The notes below the pieces were generated by a model. That model worked only from the letters and a program-made list of their open reading frames with translations, did not search any database and was not told where the DNA came from. 64,000 nucleotides of DNA. Origin: Polyangiaceae bacterium. GTDB lineage: Bacteria > Myxococcota_A > Polyangia > Polyangiales > Polyangiaceae. The position numbers and the translations under genes were made by a program. The DNA is taken from assembly GCA_044376115.1 (NCBI GenBank), contig JBILLK010000013.1, positions 64,001 to 128,000 of the forward strand, read 5' to 3'. Numbering within the stretch: position 1 is the stretch's first letter; every line of letters starts with the position of its first letter. This document shows, piece after piece, positions 1 through 8,874 of this stretch.

Positions 1-106
1 CGCGCTCCGTCCGCGCTCCGTCCGCGCAGCTCGGCGAGATCGGCGAGACGCCGACCTCGCCCGGGGACCATCGACAGCAGGCTGGCTTCAGGCGCAAGCT
101 GAACGC

Positions 107-1771
107 GTGAGATCGCTCGGCCTCCTGCTTCTCCTCGCGGCGTGCTCCGGCGCCGACGTCGGCTCGCGCACGGCACCGTCCGGTGTCGACGCCTCTTCCC
201 CCAAAGCGTCGCAGACCTCGACGCCAACCGCGCAGACCTCGACGCCAACCACCGCGCCAACCCCAAGCGATGACCGCTCCGGCGCCGGGCCTTCCTCCCT
301 GGCGGCGGGCTGCCCAAGCCAGCCCGTGGCCGCGTGCACGGCGCTTCGCTCGACCAAGGAGCAGGGCGAGGCGCAGGCCCGCATCGACGCGGCGCAGAAG
401 GCGGTCGTGGACTCGCAGTTCTCCGACGTCGCCGCGCTGGTCGAGCTCGCCAGGCTCCAGCTGCGTCGCGACGGAGCCAGCGCGGACGCAGAGGGTCCGA
501 GTGACGCAGCTCGGGCGAAGAAGAACGCGATGCGCGCCGTCGCGGTGGACCCGAACCTGCCTGCTGCGCGGCTCGTCCTCGCCCTCTCCCTCGCGCGCTC
601 GCTCCGCGACCTGCCCGCCGAGCGTTCGCGCGGCTCGATCTTGGCCCTGATCGAGGTCTCGCTGCTCGCGGTCCCTCCCTCGTCCGGCTCCGTGGGCGCC
701 GCCGTCGCCTCGCTCCGTGGGCTCATCGCGCTCGAGCGCGGAGACGTCGGAGCCGCCAAGCGCAGCTTCGAGGAGGCGACGAGGCTCGACGCGAGCCTGC
801 CATCCGGGTGGCTCGGACTCGGCAACGCGGCACGTGCAGCGGGCTCCTTCGACGAGGCGGTGAGCCATTACGAGCGCGCGGGCGCGCTGGCCGCTGGGGA
901 TCCCGAGGTCGCGGCCAGCCTCGCCGCGGCGAAGAAGAAGGAGGCCCTTGTCGTCTCGGCGCTGCCCTCGACGAAGCCGCTTTCCAGGAGCACGCTGCTC
1001 GTTCCGGCGCCGTTGGAGCCGCCGCGCTGCGAGGCGAAGAGCTACGCGATCCGGGGGCAAGCCGAGCTCTGCGGGGCGCGCGACGCCCTCGCTCGCGCGC
1101 AAGGCAAGGCGATCGACGAAGCGAGTCGGAACGTGATCGAGGCGATTCGCCCCGTCGAGGAGGCGTGCCGCGCCGCACGACCAGAGTGTGGTTCTCAGGT
1201 TGCCGCGGCCTACCTCGCCGCCGCGCACGGGTTCCGAACGGCGGGAGCCTTCTCGAAGTCGGTCGCGACCCTGCGGCTCCTCGTGGGTCGCGAGGCGAGC
1301 CTCCCCGGAGCGGAGGGCGCGGTCACCACCGCCCTCGCCGAGCTCGGCGACGCTTACTTCTCGCTCGGAATTTTCGACGAGGCGGCCGCCTTCTACGAGA
1401 GGTACGCCCAGCGAAGTGGCGCCCTCACGCTCGAGGCGACGAGCCGCGCTCTCCAGGTGAGGGTCGGCCTCGGCCAGACCGCTCAGGCAGAGGCGCTCGC
1501 GCGCGCGCTCGTCCGGATCGGGAAGGACCCCACGACGGCAGCAGACGGTCTGCTCGCGGTCGCCGGGCGACTGCTCGACGAAGGAAGGACCAAGGAGGCC
1601 GGGGCCTTGCTGTCGGAGCACCGGACCACGCTGGAGAAGGCCAAGGCCACGGCTCGCGCCGACGCCCTGCTTAGCGCGCCACCAAGCTCAGCCTGTGGGC
1701 CGCTCTTCGGCTGCGGTGCGCTCCGCCTCGCGGGAGAGGAGCGCTGGTCGGCTGGGGCGCGCAAGCCGTGA
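107..1771 (+). CDS. TPR-repeat lipoprotein
   Basis: 554 aa ORF with lipobox LAAC, Ser/Thr/Pro linker and TPR-like helices (GWLGLGNAARAAGSFDEAVSHYERA; ALAELGDAYFSLGIFDEAAAFYERY). Confidence 0.8.
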   Translation: MRSLGLLLLLAACSGADVGSRTAPSGVDASSPKASQTSTPTAQTSTPTTAPTPSDDRSGAGPSSLAAGCPSQPVAACTALRSTKEQGEAQARIDAAQKAVVDSQFSDVAALVELARLQLRRDGASADAEGPSDAARAKKNAMRAVAVDPNLPAARLVLALSLARSLRDLPAERSRGSILALIEVSLLAVPPSSGSVGAAVASLRGLIALERGDVGAAKRSFEEATRLDASLPSGWLGLGNAARAAGSFDEAVSHYERAGALAAGDPEVAASLAAAKKKEALVVSALPSTKPLSRSTLLVPAPLEPPRCEAKSYAIRGQAELCGARDALARAQGKAIDEASRNVIEAIRPVEEACRAARPECGSQVAAAYLAAAHGFRTAGAFSKSVATLRLLVGREASLPGAEGAVTTALAELGDAYFSLGIFDEAAAFYERYAQRSGALTLEATSRALQVRVGLGQTAQAEALARALVRIGKDPTTAADGLLAVAGRLLDEGRTKEAGALLSEHRTTLEKAKATARADALLSAPPSSACGPLFGCGALRLAGEERWSAGARKP

Positions 1772-1782
1772 GACGGGGTCGC

Positions 1783-1865
1783 GATCGCTTCGATTCCAGG
1801 ATCGGAGAACTCCTCGAGCGGGACCTCGATGCGAGTTCGACGCCGAACGTCCAGTTGGGTAGGGC
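1783..1865 (-). pseudogene. Degenerate fragment of the SUFU-like gene at 4165-5217
   Basis: Nucleotide match to about 4588-4670 (gatcgcttcga.tccagg.tcggagaactcc...cgggacctcga...gttcga.gccgaacgtccagt.gggtagg); translates LPNWTFGVELA then shifts frame. Confidence 0.75.
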
Positions 1866-2120
1866 CTCCGCGCCGACAGGTGCTTGCATCGCACTGGCCC
1901 GGGGGCGCACACGGCGTTCGCTATGCGACTTTTCTGCGCGCTAACCGCCCGCCCGGGACGACCGCGGGATATGGGACGATGGCAAGGCCGGTCGAGCGCG
2001 ATGGTCAAATCGAGGGCGATCGCTGCGGCGACGGAACCCTGTGCGGGCCAGCGCTCTCGCGTGGTTTGTGACGACGCAGCGTCTCCTACCGCCTTCGAGC
2101 CCTCGCCTGGCGACAGCCCT

Positions 2121-2221
2121 GGGGATGGGACCTCGAATTGGACGTTTTGTTGAGAAAGGGCGCCGATCGCACGGGGATGGGCGGCTGAATTCAACAAAAC
2201 GTCCAATTCGAGGTCCCATCC
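2121..2221. repeat. Repeat family A: ~100-bp MITE/REPIN-like element
   Basis: Perfect 31-bp inverted repeat (2123-2153 / 2191-2221) around a 37-bp spacer; other copies at 44151, 47161, 48588, 55146 and a partial at ~62361. Confidence 0.9.
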
Positions 2222-2350
2222 AGTGCGCAGAACGGGATGTGCAGCTCGCTGAACCAAGCTGTGAGTGAGCGCTGATCATGCCGATCCGCACCGACCGCTT
2301 CGGCCTCGCCGTAGAAGCGCAGCCGCGTCATCGACGTCGGGAGCTCTCGA

Positions 2351-2887
2351 CTACTTCAACGGCGGTGGGCACGGCACCGCGACGTCCGGAGGCGGCGGGT
2401 TTCCGTACAAGCGTCGATGCGCGCAGGCGCCAGTCTTGTCGTCTTTCACCCAAATCGTGCCGGGCGGAATCGCGTTGAAGGCCCGATCCTCGAACTCTTT
2501 CGGACAGGCGATTTCCTGGTTAGCGACCCAACGTTCTCCGGACATCAGGTCCTTCGGGCGCGGACCATTGCGCGGAACCTCAACGTAACAAACGTCGTCC
2601 GCGCGCAGGATCGGGCGCCCCTGAGCGTCATGCGGGTGCCCACGCCGCTTCGAGCCGTCTGCAGCCGGGCTCGCCGCAGCGCTCGCCGCGGGCCCCGAGG
2701 AATCAGGCGCACCGCTCGCGGCGCCGCTAGCCGCAGGGACTGCGGAGTTGGGAGCCTCGGGCTCAGGAAGCACCGACCCGATCACGCGCGGAGGGTTTGC
2801 GATCAGTTCGGTCTTCGGCGGCTGAGCTTCGCCGCAGCTCACCATGCACCCCGTGACAACGAACGCCGGCCTCAGGAATCGTCGCAT
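2351..2887 (-). CDS. Hypothetical Cys-containing lipoprotein
   Basis: 178 aa; basic N-terminus, hydrophobic stretch, MVSC lipobox-like motif, Ala/Ser/Pro linker, Cys-rich C-domain. Confidence 0.65.
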   Translation of the reverse strand: MRRFLRPAFVVTGCMVSCGEAQPPKTELIANPPRVIGSVLPEPEAPNSAVPAASGAASGAPDSSGPAASAAASPAADGSKRRGHPHDAQGRPILRADDVCYVEVPRNGPRPKDLMSGERWVANQEIACPKEFEDRAFNAIPPGTIWVKDDKTGACAHRRLYGNPPPPDVAVPCPPPLK

Positions 2888-3093
2888 CGAGACAGCCTAG
2901 CTGTCATTGCTGCCCGGGGCGCGCGTCGAGTGGCCGAAAGACCATGGTCTCGTCCAGGCACTCCGAATCCGTCGCAAAGAGCAGCTCAACGTCGACGATT
3001 CGGTCGAGCGCGGTCGGGCTCTGCGGCGTAAAGAACCGTCGAACGCGTTGCCAGTAGCTCATGGTCCAATCCGCGCGCGTGCCTAGTGACTGG

Positions 3094-3302
3094 GCGCCCC
3101 TTGTGCCCGAGATAGTCTATCTCAGGCACATTGGGCAGCTCCGAACCCGACTCTGCGGGTCAACTTCGATGCGCGCAGCTAACGCAATCGACTCATACCC
3201 ACTTATTGGCTCGTACGGCGCGTGCTGTGCGGGCCGGACGGCGCTGCTGCCGCGAGCAATGCGCCCATTCGACCTGAGATAAATTATCTAAGCCACAATG
3301 GG
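3094..3302. repeat. Repeat family B: doublet of ~45-bp hairpins with conserved spacer
   Basis: cccnttgtgcccgagatagtctatctcaggcacattggg ... cccattcgacctgagataaattatctaagccacaatggg; repeated at 5315, 16780, 18784, 20303, 44831. Confidence 0.9.
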
Positions 3303-3416
3303 AGCTGCGAGCCTCATGGCGTGAGTACTGCGACAAACCCGTCTTGATTGCCCGTGTTGTGGCTCACGATCGGGCCTCGACCAAAGTCGACGCGCTCCGC
3401 GTAGTCGGATTCGCGG

Positions 3417-4040
3417 TTAGCCGATGCTTGGCCCCTCGACGCAGCTGCGGCTCTCAATCGACTCGAACCAGCGAATCATCACTGCACCGGAGAATCTCGC
3501 CTCGTCGGCCTCCGGAATGAGGAGATCCATGTCGATCCGTTCGGCGCAGTCCTCCAGGGCACCGCTACCGATGCAGTCGCGCACAATCTCACGGGCCATC
3601 GCCTCGCCGACGAGCGCCTCGCACGCGGCCGGCGTCACCTGACCGTTGCGGAAGCACTCGCGCGCGTCGGCCGGTCCCTGGAGGAAGCCGGTTTCGCACA
3701 CGCACAGCTGGGCCCCGAGATCCGCGAGCGGGGTCGTACCCTCGGCGATCAGACCGACGAGGGTGAGCCCGAACGTCATCCCCTGTTGCTCCCACTCGAG
3801 ATCGAGCAGCTCGCCGTCGTAGATGGGCTCGGCGTAGTGCGGCTCGGTCACCTCGGCCAACTCGATCTGCACCTCGCCGGCGGTTTCGGAGCGGTAGGTG
3901 GTTACGCCGAGGATGTCGAGTGACTCGGGGGACACCGCCTCATTGCCGCCCGGGCAGTTGCCGCTGCAGCCAGAGGTCGCCGAAGCGCACACGATCAGGC
4001 TCGCAGCGACTGAGCACCTGAGGTCGCGAAGGTTCTTCAT
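3417..4040 (-). CDS. Hypothetical acidic Cys-rich lipoprotein
   Basis: ATG at 4040 preceded by GGAGG; signal-like MKNLRDLRCSVAASLIVCASATSGC. Confidence 0.65.
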   Translation of the reverse strand: MKNLRDLRCSVAASLIVCASATSGCSGNCPGGNEAVSPESLDILGVTTYRSETAGEVQIELAEVTEPHYAEPIYDGELLDLEWEQQGMTFGLTLVGLIAEGTTPLADLGAQLCVCETGFLQGPADARECFRNGQVTPAACEALVGEAMAREIVRDCIGSGALEDCAERIDMDLLIPEADEARFSGAVMIRWFESIESRSCVEGPSIG

Positions 4041-4164
4041 GCCTCCGCCTGTAGCAAGCCGTGCACCGCCCGCGGCAGGAAAAGCGTCGATGGTTCGACG
4101 CTCGATGAAGCGGCAAGCCCTCGCGAGCGTCTCCCGAGCCCGCCCGACCGCGCGGTCGGTCACT

Positions 4165-5217
4165 TCACCGCGCCTTATCCCGCAACTCTGCCTCGGCGCG
4201 GCGAGACGGCCGATGGGCTGAGCTGAGGTGGTCTTCGGCGCGCTCGATGAAGAGCTCCGCCAACACGCGGGCGCGCGACGAGTCGTGTACGCCCGTCGCC
4301 CACTCGTACTCGTCCGCGGTGAGCAGCTTGATTGGCAACAGCCACGTGGGTCGGCCGAGAATCTCTGGCCCGTGTCGAACGCCGGCGCCGAGAACTCCGG
4401 TCGCGAACGGGAGGCCGAGCAGGCCGCCCATGAAGCCGTTCTCCGCGACGAGGTGCTGCAGCTCTCGGACGGGCAAGATCGCGTGGGTCGTGCATTCGTG
4501 GAGTTCGACCCTTGCCATCAAGTCGAACCTCTCAGCGACGATCCAGTCCGTCGCCGCCCACAACACGCGCGGCGCCCAGCTGCTGAGGATCGCTTCGACT
4601 CCAGGGTCGGAGAACTCCGCCAGCGGGACCTCGAGCGCGAGTTCGAAGCCGAACGTCCAGTCGGGTAGGTCATCGCCGTGAATGTCAGGATCCCATGGGT
4701 TCGACAGGCCATCGGTGACGAGGAGGACCGACTGCGCCTTGCGAACCAAGCGCTGGGTACCCCTCATCATCGTCGGCCACGGGATCATGTTGCCGTCGAC
4801 GAGTGCGGGCGTAGTGCGGCTGAGCACGCCGCTTTGTACTTCGCCCAAGCGTGCCAGCGACTGCTCGCGCGCCTCGTACAGGCGGTCGCAGAGGGCCTCG
4901 AGCGTGTCCGCGTCCACGTCTTCCAACTCCTCCGGGATGGGCACCTCGAGGCCTTGCGTTCGGATGCGCGTCGCGAGCTGCTCTGCTTCCTCAGGCTCGA
5001 GGTGCGGGAACCAGGCGGCGAGCGCCTCACACGCGAGCGTGTGGAGGCCCTCGACGTCCTCGACCTCGTGCGGCAAGTTCATCCCAAAGACCTGGCCTCC
5101 CTTACCCGACAGGGCCGCGCACGCGTCGGCGAGCTCGCCGACGGACCGTTTGTGCTCGCTGCGGTCAGGGTGGCTCTCGTTGATGCGGTCGCGGATCCAA
5201 AGCGTATGGCGGTTCAT
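4165..5217 (-). CDS. SUFU-like domain protein (possible immunity protein)
   Basis: Motifs VTDGLSNPW, GFELALEV and LLPIKLLTADEYEW resemble bacterial Suppressor-of-fused-like proteins. Confidence 0.6.
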   Translation of the reverse strand: MNRHTLWIRDRINESHPDRSEHKRSVGELADACAALSGKGGQVFGMNLPHEVEDVEGLHTLACEALAAWFPHLEPEEAEQLATRIRTQGLEVPIPEELEDVDADTLEALCDRLYEAREQSLARLGEVQSGVLSRTTPALVDGNMIPWPTMMRGTQRLVRKAQSVLLVTDGLSNPWDPDIHGDDLPDWTFGFELALEVPLAEFSDPGVEAILSSWAPRVLWAATDWIVAERFDLMARVELHECTTHAILPVRELQHLVAENGFMGGLLGLPFATGVLGAGVRHGPEILGRPTWLLPIKLLTADEYEWATGVHDSSRARVLAELFIERAEDHLSSAHRPSRRAEAELRDKAR

Positions 5218-5314
5218 TGGCTCTCGGTAGGTTTGTAGTCGAGAGCTTGGTCACGCTGAACCACAGTGGTTCATTGCCCACCAACGAACCTCGGCGGTTG
5301 ACCCCGCTGCCTGG

Positions 5315-5530
5315 GCGCCCGTTGTGCCCGAGATAGTCTATCTCAGGCGCAATGGGCAGGTCCGCACCCGACTCCGCGGTTCACCTTCGATGCGTGCGGC
5401 TGACGCAATCGACTCCCTACCCACGTATTGGCTCGTACGGCGAGCGTTGTGCGGGCCGGACGGCGCTGCTGCCGCGAGCAACGCGCCCATTCGACCTGAG
5501 ATAAACTATCGAAGCGACAATGGGCGGACC
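5315..5530. repeat. Repeat family B doublet
   Basis: Near-identical to 3094-3302. Confidence 0.9.
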
Positions 5531-5687
5531 CGCCGAGCGCGGGCGGCGAACGCTACGCCATCCCGGCACAGTGAGCCCCGTGGGTTCGCCCGGCGGAGCC
5601 GCTCGCGTGCTCGGCGCTGGAGATCAACGGTTGATTCGAACCGCACGTTCAGTGTTCTCGTGCGCAGGCTCATGCGAAAACGCGTCC

Positions 5688-6353
5688 ATGAAGCTGAGTG
5701 ACGCTCCCTCGCCGAGTCCGCCCGTTCGCTTGCGTTGTCTCCACGGCGAAGCCATGCCCCCCGAAGTTTTCCGGGATGCGCAGCGGCTAGCCAAGTTGAC
5801 CGACGGGGCGCTTGGCGCGATTGGCGGGCTGCTTGCGCCCCTCGTGCTCGAGCCCATGTCGAAGGAGCTCGCCGCGTCGCTCAGCCGGTTGTGTGTACGG
5901 CACGAGGTCGCCGAGGCCGATCTCGGCCATGTGCTCAAGGTCCTGCGCTATCTGTTCAAGGAGTCAGCGGCCTCCGACCTGGAGAAGGCTGGGTTCGAGG
6001 AGGACCTGCACACCATTTGGCCGGAGCCGCGCGCCCTCGGCGAAGCTGCACGAGCGAACTACGAGCTCATCAAGCGGGAACTGCGCAAGACGCTGCTGGA
6101 GGATGCGCTCGTGAAGCACGGCAACGTGCTCGTCGATGTCGATTGGCGCGTCGACTTCGTCGCCTCGGATCGCCAGAGCTCCAAGCTCATGCTGCCCCTA
6201 GCGTTGATTACGCTCCGCTACCGCGATGCCGAGCGCGAGTCGCGCTTGACGTTGCAGCTACTCCCCGAGCAACTCAAGCGCTTGGAACAGGTGTTTGGTG
6301 CGCTGTCGCAGCGGGTGTTGCGGCCAACGGGTGAGACCAAAGCGGCCGAGTAA
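5688..6353 (+). CDS. Bacterial COMMD-like protein
   Basis: Helical N-domain followed by COMM-domain signature LVDVDWRVD...SS...PLALITL...LTLQL..EQLKRL; 221 aa from ATG 5688. Confidence 0.75.
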   Translation: MKLSDAPSPSPPVRLRCLHGEAMPPEVFRDAQRLAKLTDGALGAIGGLLAPLVLEPMSKELAASLSRLCVRHEVAEADLGHVLKVLRYLFKESAASDLEKAGFEEDLHTIWPEPRALGEAARANYELIKRELRKTLLEDALVKHGNVLVDVDWRVDFVASDRQSSKLMLPLALITLRYRDAERESRLTLQLLPEQLKRLEQVFGALSQRVLRPTGETKAAE

Positions 6354-6361
6354 GCGGTACG

Positions 6362-6480
6362 AGGCGCTCGGGCACGAGAGGGCGACCGACCAGGCCTTTC
6401 GATGCGCTGGTAGGCGCTCGGGCACAAGAGGGCGACCGACCAGGCCTTTCGATGCGCCTGGTAGGCGCTTGGGCACGAAA
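6362..6480. repeat. Tandem repeat, ~50-bp unit x2.4
   Basis: aggcgctcgggcac.agagggcgaccgaccaggcctttcgatgcg starting at 6362, 6412 and 6463. Confidence 0.85.
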
Positions 6481-6539
6481 GCCGGTGAGGCTACCGTGCC
6501 CCTTGTGTGAAGAAGCCCGTTGGCCCGGACACGCGAGGA

Positions 6540-7012
6540 CCTCCCCTCACCTCGGTTCCCGGCTCGGGGCGACATTCGGCGGGGCGATGGCTTATCGCAG
6601 GCCCCAATGTCGCTCGCCGCGCGTGGAGTTCCACCTCCTTAGGCGCGCAAGCGAAGTAACCCCTGGAGCTGCGACAACCCCCTCGACTTCGTTCGCATCC
6701 CGAGCGGCATTCGGCCTGCCGGACAGCGCCTAGCGCCAGCCCGGGCGCGGTCACCGCGTCCGGCATGCGGCTTTTTGCGGACTAATTGCCTATCGAGCAA
6801 GCCCGCTAACACGCTATTGCGCAGAAAGCGCGCCATTGAGCGCACTAACCCCCGGCGGCTAGCGCAGCTCCCCCGACTTACTTCGCATTGGGACGCATTG
6901 CGCACTAGGCACTCGCGGGCGCGTACTGCGCTGACGGCGGTTGCACGGCTCCCACACGCGCGGCCAGCGACATTGGGGCCTGCGATAAACCATCGCCCCG
7001 CCCAATGTCGCA
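6540..7012. repeat. Composite repeat: C hairpin, D doublet (spacer type 2), inverted C hairpin
   Basis: C at 6567-6616 and reverse C at 6966-7012; D hairpins at ~6651 and ~6840; spacer atgcggctttttgcgg..taa..gcctatcgagca..cccgctaacacgctattgcgca also present at ~31027-31090. Confidence 0.85.
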
Positions 7013-7145
7013 CCGAGCATCGGCGTGCGATAGGCGCACGCCCTACGAGGACTGCGGATCGGTGCTCTAGAACGGTTAGAAAGGTGGCTGAGTGGTTTTC
7101 GTCGAGAGCGAGCGAGGTCGGTGGCGAGTCGCGCGGAGCGTACGC

Positions 7146-7266
7146 CCGTACGCGAGCACGCTCGACGCCGAGATCGCGAAGCTATCGGCGAAAAACACCA
7201 GCCAGACCGTACGCGAGCACGCTCGACGCCAGGATCGCGCAGCTATCGGCGAAAAACACCAGCCAC
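7146..7266. repeat. Tandem duplication, 61-bp period
   Basis: ccgtacgcgagcacgctcgacgcc..gatcgcg.agctatcggcgaaaaacaccagcca at 7146 and 7207. Confidence 0.85.
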
Positions 7267-7267
7267 C

Positions 7268-8287
7268 CTAACGCAGCGAGAGCGCCCACGCCGTCTTGAG
7301 CCACAGGTCGGCGTCAGCGGCTGGGGCTGCGAGCTCGACATCCGGGAGGACTCCGGCGCTGCCTGGACGGCCGGCGACCGACCAGGTTGCGACGTCGGCG
7401 CGCAGGGACTGATCTGCGCCGGTGACGACGCGCTGCACGCTGCCTTTGCCGTAGCTTCGTTCTCCGACGAGCCGGGCGCGGCCGGCGGATTGGACGATCG
7501 CCGCGAAGACCTCGGCGGCCGACGCGCTGGTGCGATCGATGAGCACCCAGAGCGGCATGCCCCAACGAGCGCTGGCCTCAACGCTGATCACTTCCTGCTC
7601 ACCGCCGCAGTCGAGGTCGACGTGCGCCTGACCTGTCGGCAGAAAGTCCGCCGCGAGATACGCGGCCTCGATGAGATCCCCGCCCGGGCAGCCACGCAGA
7701 TCGACGATCAAGGCGCGGGCCTCAGCGCTGGAGAAGGGCTGAAGCGCTCGCGCGAACGCGCTCCTCATACCCGTGCCGAAACAACTTGGGCGCAGCCGAA
7801 TCACCCCATTAGGGAGAAGCTCCGCCTCGACTTCGGGGCGCAACATCGACTCGGCGAGCTGCGAGAGCTCGCTGCTGCCGACCTCCGCTGCGCCATCGTT
7901 CGCCAGGCAGAACATCACGTTGACGGCGCTCGGTACGGCGACGAGCCCTAGGCCGTTGTTCATCATGTTGCCCGTCGTGGGCAGCGCAAGGTTGATGGCA
8001 GGCAGCTTGTCGATAAAGACGATGGGATTACCCATCGTGTACTTGCCCATGCCCTTGATCGTCGGGTGGGCGGAGCCGGCCTCGTCGCCGGTGGTCATCG
8101 AGATCACGCTGCCGAGGTTGAGGGCGTTGACGCCGGACACCTTCACCGTCGTCGAGAACGCCTGCGCTTGCGCGTTCATACCGATGTTGGGATAGGGGAC
8201 GGGGATCGGAGCGGGCGCGGCGGGCGTGAGGCATACGTCGGGAAACCCGATGTTCATGCCAGCGCCGCGGTTGGAAGCAGGGAGCAT
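7268..8287 (-). CDS. PAAR-like DUF4150 domain fused to S41-family serine peptidase
   Basis: N-terminal FPDVCLTP...PIPVPYPNI...TTGDEAG; C-terminal IVDLRGCPGG, TSASAAEVFA, GERSYGKGSVQ, GVLPD. Confidence 0.85.
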   Translation of the reverse strand: MLPASNRGAGMNIGFPDVCLTPAAPAPIPVPYPNIGMNAQAQAFSTTVKVSGVNALNLGSVISMTTGDEAGSAHPTIKGMGKYTMGNPIVFIDKLPAINLALPTTGNMMNNGLGLVAVPSAVNVMFCLANDGAAEVGSSELSQLAESMLRPEVEAELLPNGVIRLRPSCFGTGMRSAFARALQPFSSAEARALIVDLRGCPGGDLIEAAYLAADFLPTGQAHVDLDCGGEQEVISVEASARWGMPLWVLIDRTSASAAEVFAAIVQSAGRARLVGERSYGKGSVQRVVTGADQSLRADVATWSVAGRPGSAGVLPDVELAAPAADADLWLKTAWALSLR

Positions 8288-8294
8288 GGGAGCC

Positions 8295-8849
8295 TCAGCC
8301 TAGGTGAATGGCCTTGCCGTTGATGGTCACTTTGTTCTTGGTCAGGAGCGTGCTGCTTTCGGCGCTCGTGACACTCGCGCCTTCCACCGTCGTGTGCGTG
8401 CTGCCGGCCTGGACGCTCAGCAGCTCGGTCACCTGCTGACGCAGACTTTGAAAACGCTGGTTCACGGTGCGGGCGAACATCTCGAGCTTGCCGGCGCGAA
8501 CCTCCAGCTTGGGAGTATCGATATCGACCGTGTGGCCGGACAACGCGAGCCGTCCCCCGGCCTGAATCTCGAGATCGCCCGGGAATGCGATCCTCCCCTT
8601 GCCGGTGCCAGCAATCACACCGATCACCCATGCGCCGCGCGCGTCGGCGATCACGAGTACGGTGTCGCCCACCGCGGGCTCGTAGCTGAACGCGAGCGCC
8701 AAGCGAGCTTCGCGCTCCGCGCCGCTGGGCAACGCGACACGCACACCGAGCGCGGTTGCCTCGAGAACCTCCGCCGGACCCAACTCATGTGAGGGAGGGA
8801 TAGGGCTCGGTTCGTTGACGACGCGGTGAAGATGGGCGACCTGGCTCAC
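8295..8849 (-). CDS. DUF3540-like T6SS accessory protein
   Basis: ARLALAFSYEPAVGDTVLV and C-terminal KVTINGKAIHLG; lies between pentapeptide and DUF4150 genes. Confidence 0.8.
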   Translation of the reverse strand: MSQVAHLHRVVNEPSPIPPSHELGPAEVLEATALGVRVALPSGAEREARLALAFSYEPAVGDTVLVIADARGAWVIGVIAGTGKGRIAFPGDLEIQAGGRLALSGHTVDIDTPKLEVRAGKLEMFARTVNQRFQSLRQQVTELLSVQAGSTHTTVEGASVTSAESSTLLTKNKVTINGKAIHLG

Positions 8850-8874
8850 GTTGCTCTCCTTGGTTTGATGCGGT

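Noticed and set aside
88..1674. Numerous long overlapping or antisense ORFs (e.g. 88-825, 808-1674, 49028-50347, 43073-44308)
   Set aside because: Arg/Ala/Pro-rich shadow frames expected in high-GC DNA, overlapping better-supported genes.
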